Assembly: GCA_965208105.1 (NCBI GenBank) | Contig: OZ242318.1 | Span: 3,936,001 to 4,000,000 of the forward strand | Length of the DNA: 64,000 nt | Origin: Candidatus Latescibacterota bacterium | GTDB lineage: Bacteria > Latescibacterota > UBA2968 > UBA8231 | Reading direction: 5' to 3' | Part shown: positions 47,655 through 58,099 of the stretch, one piece after another | Layout: every line of letters starts with the position of its first letter | Position numbering within the stretch: position 1 is the first letter of the stretch | Program-made: the position numbers and the translations under genes | Notes under the pieces: generated by a model | The model's input: the letters and a program-made list of their open reading frames with translations, nothing else | Databases searched by the model: none | Told to the model about the DNA's origin: nothing

Positions 47655-49940
47655 CTAAATAACTCCGGACAGCGCCAGGGAAAAGCGCCGCATGGGCCTG
47701 ATTTTGCGCTCGGTCAGGATGTAGTGGTACTGGAGAAGGTTGTCCACCCTGAAATTGACTTGCACCGGTCCCCATCGCCGCCCGACGAAGGCATCCACAA
47801 GGTAGATCGGGCGGTGGTCGCGCCTGCATTCGGGAAAGAGCCCGGAGACGCGCTCGAAACGGCTCAGGTAGCGCAGTGTCGCGCCCATCCGATTGTCTCT
47901 TCCCGCGGCCGCGATACCCGTGGTCAGTTGATGGCGGAAGCGGTAGGGCAAAGGGGCCTGTCCTCCGGGCACCAGATCCTTGCGGCAATAGGGTGGCAGG
48001 ATCTCGTCCTGGGCGAGAAATTCCACCGCGTCGAGGAAGGTGAAGGCAGTGCGCCAGCGCAGACCATGGGGCAGCGCCAACTGTCCCTCCACCTCCAGTC
48101 CTCTGATTCGCGCACGGGATATATTGCGGAAGCTCGTCGCCGCGGAGGCGGCGTCGGGGAGGGGATTCGGCCGGGCCTCTATCAGGTCCTCGAAGGCGTT
48201 CCAGAACAGGGCGAGGTCCAGTGCGGCGAAATCGGCGAGGGACTGCCTGATCCCCAGTTCGCTGGACCAGTTGTGCTCGGCGTGGAGACCAGGGTTGGGA
48301 CAAACCAGAAGCCCCGAGGCGATGGCCTGGGTATGGATTTCAGCCACTGAAGGAGCCCTGAATCCTCGGCCGGCGGAGGCGCGCAAGGCCGTGCCCGATC
48401 CGAAGCGGTATGACATGCCGATCTGGGGACTGAGTTGACGCTGCAGGTCCCGGATGTCCCGGTTGGACGAGGGTGGACATGGCGACTCCGGGGCGGATTG
48501 TTCACCCGGGTCGCGGCGGTGCAGGTCGTAGCGCAGGCCAACCGATATTTCCGCCTGGGGCAGGAGGGAGTAGACTCCGTGAGAGTAGAAGGCCAGATTG
48601 AGGAGAGTGCGGCGGCCGAGGAAATCTCCGGGCGACCTCACTAGATCGAATGCGGCAAAGGTCCCGGCGGTCAGCGCTGCAGGTTCCCACCCGGTGTAGT
48701 CGACTTGAAACTCTCCCCCCGTCTTGTGGCCCACCGACTCGAATCCACCCGCCGACCGGGTGTTGTCGAATGCGGTTCTGTAGTAGAAGCCCTTGAGTCG
48801 ATAGCCGAGGGACCGGTTGAGCAGGCGATAGAACTCGGAGTTGAGGTTCAGGTTCCACGAAACCGTGCTGGCATCCTGGTCCTTTGCGGGGACCTCGAGC
48901 GGTTCCAGGCGATTCTTCCAGCGCAGGAACACTCCGTGATCGTCGACCGACCAGTTCACCAGATTGCTCCAGTAGGTCCCCGGGGCAAAATGGTGAACGC
49001 CTTTGGCGAATAGATGATAGCGCCTGAAGTCGTCGTTTTCGTGATAGCCGCTGGACCGCTTGTACCCTGCCGAAACCAGCGCGCCGGTGCGGCCGATCCG
49101 GCGGCTGTGGCTCCAATCCATTCCGGTAATGTACATGGGACCGTCGGTCCAGCGCCACGATTCGTGGGCAGGCTGGCTGTAGAGCCCTCCCAGCAGGCGG
49201 AAGCGGGTCTGGGGATCGGCGCTGGGCTGGCGGGTTATCACATTGATGACTCCTCCCAGAGCGCCGGTACCGTACAGGGCCGATCCGGAGCCCTTGATCA
49301 CCTCGAGGCGCTCTACCTCCCCAACCGGGATGGCTCTCCACTTGATGTCGCCCAGGTCGGCCGAAAGCATGGGGAATCCGTCCAGGAGCAGGAGGACCCG
49401 GCTCCCGGTGCCGCGGCTGTATCCGCTGGAGCCGCGGATGTTTACCTGGCTGCCCACCATGCTGACCCCCGGCTGGTAGCGCAGGGGCGCCTGCAAGGTA
49501 AAGGAGTTGTGCGCGGCTATGTCACCGGAATTGGCGACGGAAAGGCTGAGCGGAGCCTCTATGAAGGCCTGCCGGCGCCGCGTGGCCGAGACCACCAGGG
49601 GGGGAAGCTCGATGGATGAGCGCCGCAGGGAGATCTGCATTTCCCGGCCGCTGCCTGCTTCTACGTCGTTGAGCTTGAGAGCCTCGTAGCCTACGAAAGA
49701 GACCAGCAGGTCGTAGCTCCCGGGCGGCAGCCCTTGCAGGCAGAAGCGCCCTTCCCCATCCGCAAAAGCGCCGGATTCCGTTCCCAGGACCGCGACGGTG
49801 GCTCCGGGGAGAGCCGTCCCGCCCTGGCGGTCGAGAATCCGGCCGCAAAGCATCGGTGCGGCTGCTTCAGCGGCCTCGACCCAGCTCGTCCAGCAACTCA
49901 GGAGGCAAAGCCCCCAGGCAAGTGGCTTGAGATGCTTCAT
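47655..49940 (-). CDS. TonB-dependent receptor with carboxypeptidase-regulatory-like N-terminal domain
   Basis: Signal MKHLKPLAWG; VVSATR; plug LLLDG...ERLEVIKG.GSALYG..ALGGVINVIT; GFRAPS. Confidence 0.92.
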   Translation of the reverse strand: MKHLKPLAWGLCLLSCWTSWVEAAEAAAPMLCGRILDRQGGTALPGATVAVLGTESGAFADGEGRFCLQGLPPGSYDLLVSFVGYEALKLNDVEAGSGREMQISLRRSSIELPPLVVSATRRRQAFIEAPLSLSVANSGDIAAHNSFTLQAPLRYQPGVSMVGSQVNIRGSSGYSRGTGSRVLLLLDGFPMLSADLGDIKWRAIPVGEVERLEVIKGSGSALYGTGALGGVINVITRQPSADPQTRFRLLGGLYSQPAHESWRWTDGPMYITGMDWSHSRRIGRTGALVSAGYKRSSGYHENDDFRRYHLFAKGVHHFAPGTYWSNLVNWSVDDHGVFLRWKNRLEPLEVPAKDQDASTVSWNLNLNSEFYRLLNRSLGYRLKGFYYRTAFDNTRSAGGFESVGHKTGGEFQVDYTGWEPAALTAGTFAAFDLVRSPGDFLGRRTLLNLAFYSHGVYSLLPQAEISVGLRYDLHRRDPGEQSAPESPCPPSSNRDIRDLQRQLSPQIGMSYRFGSGTALRASAGRGFRAPSVAEIHTQAIASGLLVCPNPGLHAEHNWSSELGIRQSLADFAALDLALFWNAFEDLIEARPNPLPDAASAATSFRNISRARIRGLEVEGQLALPHGLRWRTAFTFLDAVEFLAQDEILPPYCRKDLVPGGQAPLPYRFRHQLTTGIAAAGRDNRMGATLRYLSRFERVSGLFPECRRDHRPIYLVDAFVGRRWGPVQVNFRVDNLLQYHYILTERKIRPMRRFSLALSGVI

Positions 49941-50421
49941 CCTCCAGGACCTCGAAGTCGACGCTGATATCGATCCCCCGCGTGATCTCACCCTGAGTTA
50001 CAACTACGGGTGACGGCAGATCATCCCCCGGGATGTGGTAGCATCCCAGCAGGGAATCGAAATTCCAAAAGGCATCCTTGCGGCGCCAGGCCACCACCAC
50101 CCAGCGATATGTGCCTTCCCTGTCAAGGGGAACGAAGTAGGAATATTCCCGGGCCTTGAACTCCACTTCCGTGTCCCACCCGCCAATGGCCCAGAAATCA
50201 CTCAGGGTCTGGGGTGTTTCCCTGTATACGGCCACCGCCACCTGTTCGATGTCATCCGGCCGCTCTCCCGCGAAGGTGATGAGCCCGGAAATGCCCGTGG
50301 GCCCGGGCGGACGGGCTTCCAGGCCGTGGTCGCAGGCGCTGTTCCAGCAAAGGAGAACAGCCCATAGCATGGCCCCAGGCCATGCCCTGACGGGGCCCCG
50401 GTCCACCAGGCTATCCTTCAT
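49867..50421 (-). CDS. Hypothetical lipoprotein paired with the TonB-dependent receptor
   Basis: Lipobox-like NSAC-DHG; GISGLITF; beta-rich composition. Confidence 0.7.
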   Translation of the reverse strand: MKDSLVDRGPVRAWPGAMLWAVLLCWNSACDHGLEARPPGPTGISGLITFAGERPDDIEQVAVAVYRETPQTLSDFWAIGGWDTEVEFKAREYSYFVPLDREGTYRWVVVAWRRKDAFWNFDSLLGCYHIPGDDLPSPVVVTQGEITRGIDISVDFEVLEDEASQATCLGALPPELLDELGRGR

Positions 50422-50621
50422 TCACTCCGGTGCGATTCTCCAGTGCCGCAGTGAACTCCATGGTCATTTCCGCCTTTTTCTTTCCCCGGACCGAGCTCGA
50501 CGCATCCGGCCTTCCCATCCGGAAGGCGGGCGCAAGCCGCAGGGGAAACGTCACCGCCGTTCCGCAAGGTCAAATATCCCCCATCCACGTGGCTCGCACA
50601 ATAGCCGAGCCTCGGCCGGGG

Positions 50622-51686
50622 TCAAGGAACAAAGCTGATCTTCTCGTCCAGCGACCTGACGAATCCGACGAGCAGCTTCGTTGTATTGTCCAGGTCTTCG
50701 AGGGAGAGCACTTCCGTCGGGGTGTGCATGTAGCGTTGGGGAACGCCGACCAGGCCGGTGGCCACTCCGGAACGGCTCAGCTGCATGGCATTGGCGTCGG
50801 TGCCCGTCCCTCCTGATTCGGCCTGGATCTGGTAGGGGATGCCATTCTCTTTCGCGGTGCGGACCAGCAGGTCGAAGACCACGGGGTTGATGTTTGCTCC
50901 CCGGGCGATCACCGGACCTCCGCCGATGACGGTGGCTCCCGTCTTGCGTTTGTCCACGTCCGGATGGTCCATGGCCCAGGTGACGTCAAGGGCGACGCCC
51001 ACATGCGGATTGATTCCAAAGGTGCTGGTTTTGGCTCCGCGCAGCCCGACCTCCTCCTGCACCGTGGCCACCGCATAGAGCGCGGCTTCGGGATTCCCGT
51101 CCTCCCTGCTGATACAACGCATGGTCTCGGCCACCAGGAAGGCGCCCATCTTGTTGTCGAGACCGCGCGAAACGACGAGATCGCCCCGCAGCACCTCGAA
51201 GTTGGCATCGTAGGTGACGGGGTCGCCGATCTCCACCCGTTTCCTCGTCTCCTTCCCGTCCTTGGCTCCGATATCGATCCACATCTGGTGTTTCTCCGGG
51301 ACCTTGTCGCGCTCGGACGAGGTCATCAGGTGAACGGGCTTCTTGCCGATCACCCCCAACACCGGCCCCTTGCGGGAATGAATCCGCACCTTGCGGCCCG
51401 AAATGGTACTCAGGTCGAAGCCCCCGATCGTATCGAAGTAGATGAAGCCCTCGTCGTCTATGTGGACGATTTGCAGCCCCAGCTCGTCCATGTGGCCGGC
51501 CAGCATGATGCGCGGCTTGCCTTCTTTGTTGTAGACGGCAATGGCATTGCCGTGTACGTCTACCTTGACTTCGTCAGCATATCCCGCCACTTCGTCCTTC
51601 CACACCTTGCGTACGGGTCCCTCGTAGCCGGAGGGGGATGGCGCCCGCAGCAGGGCTTCCAGAAATTTCCGCGATGATTTGCGCAT
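50622..51686 (-). CDS. M42 family metallo-aminopeptidase
   Basis: SPSGYE, GHMDE, LDNK, QEEVG, DVT, GTD, RYMHTP. Confidence 0.95.
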   Translation of the reverse strand: MRKSSRKFLEALLRAPSPSGYEGPVRKVWKDEVAGYADEVKVDVHGNAIAVYNKEGKPRIMLAGHMDELGLQIVHIDDEGFIYFDTIGGFDLSTISGRKVRIHSRKGPVLGVIGKKPVHLMTSSERDKVPEKHQMWIDIGAKDGKETRKRVEIGDPVTYDANFEVLRGDLVVSRGLDNKMGAFLVAETMRCISREDGNPEAALYAVATVQEEVGLRGAKTSTFGINPHVGVALDVTWAMDHPDVDKRKTGATVIGGGPVIARGANINPVVFDLLVRTAKENGIPYQIQAESGGTGTDANAMQLSRSGVATGLVGVPQRYMHTPTEVLSLEDLDNTTKLLVGFVRSLDEKISFVP

Positions 51687-51726
51687 GGCCCAGAGCTTTC
51701 CTTTCGCAGTGATGGGACGTGGAGAA

Positions 51727-53208
51727 TCAGCCCTGTTGCCCCGCGGGGTCTGCTTCCCGAGGTGCAATCAGGGTGCCCGCGGCGCACCAGATCAGGTTGA
51801 GGGCAAGGCCGATAACCCCTGCGTGAAATCCCCATACCCTGGGGTGGCCCGCCCAGGTGAGGCCCAGGGCCACGACAAGCCCGGCCACCATGCCCCCCAG
51901 GACGGTGCGGGCGGAGAGCCTTCTCCAGTAGAGTCCCAGGAAGAAGCAGGGGACGATCTGAATGAGGAGCTCGAATTTGAGTTCCAGCAAGCGGATCAAG
52001 GTTTTTTCCGTTCCGATTGCAATCAGAACCAGGAGCGCGATGATGACCCAGGAGCACATCTTCCCCACCAGGGTCAACTCGGACTGGTTGCTCCGGGGTC
52101 TGATGTGAGCCTGGTAAATGTCCCGGGTGATCATGGAAGAGATGGACAGCAGGGCGGAGTCTGCCGTCGACATCAGGGCGGCCAGGATGGCGGCGAAGAC
52201 CACCACCACAAGCCAGTAGCCCAGGGTGGAATGGCTCATGACGAGGGCGCAGAGGCGCGCCAGCACCTGGTCGGTTTCTCCCCGCTCCAGCCCCGGAAGA
52301 ACGACGATGGCCACCATTCCGCAGACCAGGGCGATCAGGGTGGTGGTCAGCGGCATGAAGGCCATCAGGGCCAGAGACCGCTTCAACACTCGCAGGGACC
52401 TGCTGGCGTAGAGGCGCTGAATCGCCTGCGGGTAGATGGCTGCCCCGCAGCCCAGGAGAAAGACGTAGCTTATCCAGGTGTTGCATCCCTCCAGGGAGGG
52501 GACCTCCACCTTGGGGGGTTCGAGCTGGCCGACCTTCTCCACCACCGCGGTCAGTCCTCCTCCCATCGCGGGGATAGTGAAGAGCAGCAGCAGAAATCCG
52601 GTGAGAAGCACGAGGCCCTGTATGACGTCGGTCCACGCCACGCTGCGCATTCCTCCCAGCGTTTCGTAGACCACCATGATGATGGCCAGCCCCACGATTC
52701 CGTACTCGGAAGGCACCATTCCGTCGGTGATGCCCTCTACGGCAGCTCCCATGGCCTTCAGCTGGGCAAGAGTGTAGTTGCCCAGCGCGTAGATCATCAG
52801 GATGGTGCTGAGCAAGGTGAGGACGGGCGATTTGAAACGATGGGATATGTAGTCTCCCGGGGTGATGAAGTCCATCTTGCGCGCCAGCAGGACAAGCCTG
52901 GGAGCGAAGAGCATGTATCCCGCGATGATGGAGAACATGAAGAGGACCGAGACCGTCCATTCAAATCCGATGCGATAGGTCTTGCCCGTGTAGCCGAAGA
53001 GGGTATTGCCGCTGTACTGGGTGGCGTAGAGGGTGAGGAAGAGGACCAGGAAACCCATGGAACGGCCGGCCAGATAGAAATCGGCGAGTGTATTGCTCTT
53101 GCGCTTGAGGCGCCCGATCCAGCCGATGCCCAGCATGGACAGCAAATAGAGGCCAACGAGGACCAGTGCTCCAGTGCCGAAAACAAGTTGATCGGAGGAG
53201 GCTCCCAT
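51727..53208 (-). CDS. Sodium:solute symporter (PanF-like)
   Basis: FYLAGR, ATQYSG, GGMRSVAWTD, AALMSTADS. Confidence 0.92.
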   Translation of the reverse strand: MGASSDQLVFGTGALVLVGLYLLSMLGIGWIGRLKRKSNTLADFYLAGRSMGFLVLFLTLYATQYSGNTLFGYTGKTYRIGFEWTVSVLFMFSIIAGYMLFAPRLVLLARKMDFITPGDYISHRFKSPVLTLLSTILMIYALGNYTLAQLKAMGAAVEGITDGMVPSEYGIVGLAIIMVVYETLGGMRSVAWTDVIQGLVLLTGFLLLLFTIPAMGGGLTAVVEKVGQLEPPKVEVPSLEGCNTWISYVFLLGCGAAIYPQAIQRLYASRSLRVLKRSLALMAFMPLTTTLIALVCGMVAIVVLPGLERGETDQVLARLCALVMSHSTLGYWLVVVVFAAILAALMSTADSALLSISSMITRDIYQAHIRPRSNQSELTLVGKMCSWVIIALLVLIAIGTEKTLIRLLELKFELLIQIVPCFFLGLYWRRLSARTVLGGMVAGLVVALGLTWAGHPRVWGFHAGVIGLALNLIWCAAGTLIAPREADPAGQQG

Positions 53209-53459
53209 CACACCTCTCCTCCCCGGTCCCGCCAGTAGTGGGCGATGACCCAGGCGGTCCAGCAGGCCAGGAGCAGAACCGCGGACAAGGTGACCACCAC
53301 CCAGAGCGGGAATCCGGCTACCAGCGGCCCGCGGTACCCTGCGGGCCAGTACCAGGGGATGGCGATTGCGTAGAGCAGAAGGTAGACCAGCCACACCCAG
53401 CGGACCTTGCGCGGCTCTCTGACGAGCTCTTCGTACTCGTTCTTCATTTGACCGGTCAT
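53208..53459 (-). CDS. Small two-TM SSS-associated protein (DUF3311/DUF997-like)
   Basis: AGGAG RBS; AIPWYWP...GFPLW; stop overlaps the symporter start. Confidence 0.75.
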   Translation of the reverse strand: MTGQMKNEYEELVREPRKVRWVWLVYLLLYAIAIPWYWPAGYRGPLVAGFPLWVVVTLSAVLLLACWTAWVIAHYWRDRGGEV

Positions 53460-53660
53460 GGTAAGTTCTCCTGTCGAAATGGCCGTCCGAAAATTTCCCT
53501 GCCGCAAGGAATTGGAGCCGCAGGCAACCGTTGCAGGCCGCCTGTCTCCGGCCCGAATCCGGCCCAGCCCTTTTCCCCTCGAGACGGCTTCGGGCTCTTC
53601 CCTTGTAATTCCATGGCCCGAATAATTAATTTGGCATTGGATTTCATCCGGACGGGCTTC

Positions 53661-55508
53661 ATGGAAGCAGCTATTCCGCAGAACAGCCTGGTACTCTACA
53701 AAAAACAGCCCGCCTGCGTCAAGCGTTGCCGGGACAAGCTGGAAATCCTGTTGCCGCAGGGGAAGATACTCAGGGTGCGTCCCAAGGACGTGATTCTCCT
53801 GCACCCCGGTCCCGTGTCCAGCCTCGACCAGCTCCAGCCCCGGGCCGGTGAGGTGAAGACAGCCTGGGAGCTTCTCGAGGGCGGCATGACCACTCTGGCC
53901 GATTTGGCCGAGCTGGCCTATGGAGCCTTCACCCCGGCCACGGCCTGGTCGGCATGGCAGCTGCTCGAGGACGGCCTCTACTTCCGCGGGTCTCCCGGGC
54001 GGATCAGGGCATGCACGGCACAGGAGGTGGACCGGGAGGAGGACCGGCGCAGGACCCGCGCCGCCCTGGAGAAAGCCCGCGGCGCATTCCTGGACCGGGT
54101 TCGCGCCGGCAGGATAGTTGCAGCTGATGGGCCCTGCCTCGTAGACGTGGAGCGACTGGCCCTGGGGCGCAGCGGCAAGAGCCGGGTCCTGCGCGAACTG
54201 GGACGCAGGGAAGATCCTGAAAATGCCCACTCCCTGCTGCTGGAATTGAGGTACTGGGACGAAGGAGTCAACCCCTATCCACAACGCTTCGGCCTGCCTT
54301 CGACAGGACCCGAGGTGGAGCTGCCTCTCCTGCCCCGGGAGGAACGCCTGGACCTTACCCACCTGCCGGCCTTCGCGATTGACGACGAGGACAGCCGCCA
54401 CCCGGACGATGCTCTGAGCCTTGAGGGCAACCGTCTCTGGGTCCACGTGGCCGATGTCGCTGCCCTGGTTCGACCGGGCAGTGCGGCGGACCTGGAAGCG
54501 CGCCGGCGAGGCTTCAATCTCTACCTCCCCGAGGAGACCGTGCCCATGCTCCCGCCTCGCGCTGCAGCGGCTGTGGCCCTGGGGTTGGACGCGGTTTCGC
54601 CAGCGCTCTCGTTTGGATTGGACCTGGACTCGCAGGGCCGGGTGGTGGATGTGGAATTGGCTCCGAGCAAGGTGCGGGTCACTCGAATGACTTACGAGCA
54701 GGCCCAGGCCCGAATTGCGCAGGAGCCCCTTCGAAGCCTCCACAGGCTATCGCGGTCCTCCCGGGAACGCCGTCTCTCGAAGAACGCCGTTTTCATCGAG
54801 TGGCCCGAGGTCAGGATTCTCCTGAACGACCACCGGGTGCGCATCCTTCCCATACCGGGTGTGGAGAGCCGGGACATGGTAGCCGAGGCCATGCTCATGG
54901 CCGGGGAGGCTGCAGCCCGCTTCGCCTTGGAACGCGGGATTCCATTTCCGTTCACGACTCAGGATTCGGCCGGGGAGGTGGATGAAATTCCCGACGGGTT
55001 GGCGGGCATGCGGGCCCGCCGCCTCACCCTCAGACGCAGCCGGTTCACGACCTCACCCCTCCCCCATGCAGGTCTCGGCCTGGACGCCTACGCCCAGGCT
55101 ACGAGCCCTCTGCGGCGCTACCTCGATCTTCTGGCGCACCAGCAGTTGCGCGCCTGCCTGAGCGGGGATGGGCCAATGGATGAGCAGGAGGTTTTGGAGC
55201 GCGTCGGCGCAGTCATGGCGGTATCTGACGGCGTGCGCAGGGCCGAGCGGCTCTCCGCCCGCCACTGGACCCTGGTCTTCCTGCTGCAAAACCCCGATTG
55301 GACCGGTGAGGGCATACTGGTTCACAGGCAAAATGGCCGCGGCATGGTGCTCATTCCTCGACTCGGCCTCGAAGTACCTGTTCATGTGAGCCGGGAACTT
55401 CCCCTGAACAGCTCCCTGCCCCTCGCCCTCGAGAGCGTCAATCTTGCCCGCCTCCAGGCCCGCTTCCGGCCGCTGGGCCGGAAAACGAACGGTCCCGGGG
55501 AGGGATAG
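53661..55508 (+). CDS. RNB domain exoribonuclease (RNase II/R-like)
   Basis: AIDDEDSRHPDDAL, VHVADV, ATSPLRRYLD. Confidence 0.92.
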   Translation: MEAAIPQNSLVLYKKQPACVKRCRDKLEILLPQGKILRVRPKDVILLHPGPVSSLDQLQPRAGEVKTAWELLEGGMTTLADLAELAYGAFTPATAWSAWQLLEDGLYFRGSPGRIRACTAQEVDREEDRRRTRAALEKARGAFLDRVRAGRIVAADGPCLVDVERLALGRSGKSRVLRELGRREDPENAHSLLLELRYWDEGVNPYPQRFGLPSTGPEVELPLLPREERLDLTHLPAFAIDDEDSRHPDDALSLEGNRLWVHVADVAALVRPGSAADLEARRRGFNLYLPEETVPMLPPRAAAAVALGLDAVSPALSFGLDLDSQGRVVDVELAPSKVRVTRMTYEQAQARIAQEPLRSLHRLSRSSRERRLSKNAVFIEWPEVRILLNDHRVRILPIPGVESRDMVAEAMLMAGEAAARFALERGIPFPFTTQDSAGEVDEIPDGLAGMRARRLTLRRSRFTTSPLPHAGLGLDAYAQATSPLRRYLDLLAHQQLRACLSGDGPMDEQEVLERVGAVMAVSDGVRRAERLSARHWTLVFLLQNPDWTGEGILVHRQNGRGMVLIPRLGLEVPVHVSRELPLNSSLPLALESVNLARLQARFRPLGRKTNGPGEG

Positions 55509-55549
55509 CTCCTGGTGAAGATTTGCTCATCCGTTCCCCGTCTGCAAAC

Positions 55550-55578
55550 TTGATGATTCGCCGGCACGGGGATACTAT
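55550..55578 (+). promoter_or_regulatory. Sigma70 promoter
   Basis: TTGATG-17 bp-TACTAT. Confidence 0.45.
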
Positions 55579-55637
55579 ATCAGGTGCTGAGGAGATCCAT
55601 TCCTGCGCTCCGCCCCTTGCGCGGGACCGAACTGGTG

Positions 55638-56417
55638 ATGATTGAACCAGAGCAGAAGTCATACTTCGAAACCTTCGGATTCATTCACCTCCCAAGGCAG
55701 TTCTCCGGAGAAGAAATGGAGACTCTCTCGAGCGAAGCCGACCGGCTGTGGCAGGAGGACCGCGGCGGACCATTTGCCGGGAGGACCCACAATATCCAGG
55801 AGTTCGTCGAAAAAAGCCCTGTCCTCACCCGGTTCGTCGTTGACGACAGGATCTGCGGAACGGTCGAGGACCTTCTGGGGTCGCGGTTTCTCTGGAACGG
55901 CTCCGAGGGCAATCAGACCGCCCATCAGGAGCACCGCTGGCACACCGACCGGCCCGGCGAACCTCACGCAACCACCTACAGCTTCCATCTTTACCTGGAC
56001 CCGGTCAGGGCGGATACGGGTTGCCTGCGGGTTATACCTGGATCCCACAGACCCCCAATGTACAATGCTCTCTCCTCCATCAACGCGCAGAAAGCGGACA
56101 GCACCCTGACAACCTATGGGCTCGATGGGACCGCCATGCCGTACCATGCACTGGAGTCCGACCCGGGAGATGTTGTTTTTTTCAACCAGAAGATCTACCA
56201 CGGGGTCTACGGCGGCCGGGCGGGCAGGCGCTTCATCAAGCTCAGGTTCGTCAAGCGTCCACGAACGAGCGAGCAGATCGCCTCGTTGATGCGCTACAAC
56301 AGGAGAAATCGCATCTACCGTGCAGATGATGCATTCCTCAACAGCGAGCACCCGCGAATAAGGGCTATGGTCGACCCATTGCTGGAACTCGAGCAGCATA
56401 CCCGAGGCTGGATTTGA
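55638..56417 (+). CDS. Phytanoyl-CoA dioxygenase (PhyH) family protein
   Basis: FETFGF, WHTD, GCLRVIPGSH, PGDVVFF...H. Confidence 0.9.
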   Translation: MIEPEQKSYFETFGFIHLPRQFSGEEMETLSSEADRLWQEDRGGPFAGRTHNIQEFVEKSPVLTRFVVDDRICGTVEDLLGSRFLWNGSEGNQTAHQEHRWHTDRPGEPHATTYSFHLYLDPVRADTGCLRVIPGSHRPPMYNALSSINAQKADSTLTTYGLDGTAMPYHALESDPGDVVFFNQKIYHGVYGGRAGRRFIKLRFVKRPRTSEQIASLMRYNRRNRIYRADDAFLNSEHPRIRAMVDPLLELEQHTRGWI

Positions 56418-56552
56418 TCATGGACCGAGCCGGCGGGGCAGATCTCTCTCCCCATCCGGAGGGCGGGAGATAATTTTATTTTTTGAGTCCAACTATGGGG
56501 GAGGATTGAGTATATTATGTGCAAATCAACCTTAAACCTGGAGACTCCCGCC

Positions 56553-57941
56553 ATGACGATTTCCCGCCGCTACTTCATGCGCACTGCCGCAGCGACATTC
56601 GCAGGGTTTTCCGGCCTTCATCAGCTCGTGACATACGCCTACTCCGAGGCACCCAGCGCAGAGGCTGCAACGGAGGGGTTCGGCCCTCTTAACCTCGATC
56701 CCGATGAGATCCTGGATCTTCCCCCCGGCTTTACCTATCGCGTTGTTTCGCGTGTGGGAGATTCCATGGTGAACGGTCTTCTGGTTCCCGGGGCCCAGGA
56801 CGGCATGGCGGCCTTTCCCGGTCCCCAGGGCAAGACAATTCTGGTCTGCAATCACGAACTCACCACCGGTTCGAACAGGGGACCCTTTGGCGAGGGCAAC
56901 GAGCTGCTCTCGCGGCTCGATCCCGCAATGCTGTACGACTCAGGTGGAGGAGAGGACCCCTGTCACGGAGGCACCACCACCATGGTTTACGACCCCGAAA
57001 CCGGAATGGTCGAAAGACAGTGGTTGAGCCTCGCCGGTACCGTGCGCAACTGCGCCGGCGGACTCACCCCTTGGAACTCATGGATCACCTGTGAAGAGAC
57101 CACCCAGAGGGCAGAGGATTCATTCGAGCAGGACCACGGCTACAATTTCGAGGTTCCGGCCACGCTTCATCCGCCGTCCGTCCCACCCCAAGCTCTCAAA
57201 TCCATGGGCCGCTTCAACCACGAGGCTGTGTCGGTGGATCCGGCCTCCGGAATCGTCTACCAGACGGAGGACCGAGGCGATGGCCTCATCTATCGATTCG
57301 TTCCTCTCAACCCCGGCCGCCTGACCGAAGGAGGCCGGCTCCAGGCCCTCGTGGTCCGCGAGCGCAAGCAACTGGATACCCGCAACTGGACCGAGAGACT
57401 CGTCTCCCCGAACGTGTCCATGGAGGTGGAGTGGATCGATGTCGAAAACGTGGAATCACCCGAGGACGATCTGCGCATACAGGGATTCAGCAACGGAGCC
57501 GCCCGATTTTCCCGCGGCGAGGGCATGTGGTACGGCCGCGGGGCGGTGTACTTCGTATGCACCGATGGAGGAAGTGCGCGCAAGGGCCAAGTCTGGCGCT
57601 ACATCCCGAGTCCGCACGAAGGCCGCCCGGAGGAAGAAAGTTCTCCGGGAAGCTTGGACCTGTTCATCGAGCCCAACGATGGAAACCTGATCGACAATGC
57701 CGACAACCTGACCGTATCGCCCTGGGGCGACCTGATATGCTGCGAGGACGGCCCCGACACCCAGTACATGGCGGGTGTTACCCCCGAAGGCAGGATCTAC
57801 AAGCTCGCGCGCAATGGAATGAACCAGTCCGAGTTCGCCGGCGCCACCTTCTCCGCGGACGGGTCCACCCTGTTCGTCAATATTCAGAACCCGGGCCTGA
57901 CCCTGGCCATCTCGGGACCCTGGCCAGGTGTCGGGGGCTGA
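56553..57941 (+). CDS. phoX: Tat-exported PhoX-family alkaline phosphatase (DUF839)
   Basis: SRRYF twin-arginine signal; NHE, NCAGG, CEE, GRFNHEA, GEG, DN, CED, SEFAG, NIQ. Confidence 0.85.
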   Translation: MTISRRYFMRTAAATFAGFSGLHQLVTYAYSEAPSAEAATEGFGPLNLDPDEILDLPPGFTYRVVSRVGDSMVNGLLVPGAQDGMAAFPGPQGKTILVCNHELTTGSNRGPFGEGNELLSRLDPAMLYDSGGGEDPCHGGTTTMVYDPETGMVERQWLSLAGTVRNCAGGLTPWNSWITCEETTQRAEDSFEQDHGYNFEVPATLHPPSVPPQALKSMGRFNHEAVSVDPASGIVYQTEDRGDGLIYRFVPLNPGRLTEGGRLQALVVRERKQLDTRNWTERLVSPNVSMEVEWIDVENVESPEDDLRIQGFSNGAARFSRGEGMWYGRGAVYFVCTDGGSARKGQVWRYIPSPHEGRPEEESSPGSLDLFIEPNDGNLIDNADNLTVSPWGDLICCEDGPDTQYMAGVTPEGRIYKLARNGMNQSEFAGATFSADGSTLFVNIQNPGLTLAISGPWPGVGG

Positions 57942-57996
57942 TTCAGGCAACGGTTGCGGATTCATTCAAGTTCTCTCCGCGCCACCCGGATACCGA

Positions 57997-58025
57997 TTGA
58001 CAGCCAAAAGGCCATGGAGTATAGT
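57997..58025 (+). promoter_or_regulatory. Near-consensus sigma70 promoter
   Basis: TTGACA-17 bp-TATAGT. Confidence 0.8.
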
Positions 58026-58099
58026 TAGGTCTCTACCATAATCCCCTGAGTCTTTCCCACCTGGGCCTGTTCAACGGCCCTACTCAAAGGAGGACGAAA

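Noticed and set aside
50422-50621. Cobalamin riboswitch upstream of the lipoprotein/TonB receptor
   Set aside because: Only an isolated GGGAAGG; the other conserved blocks and the B12 box are absent
53460-54743. 511-aa minus-strand ORF
   Set aside because: Only the last 83 codons look coding; the rest is antisense to the RNB gene
55561-55577. CGGGGATACTA resembling a type B element end
   Set aside because: Too short, no core, and better explained as the -10 box of a promoter
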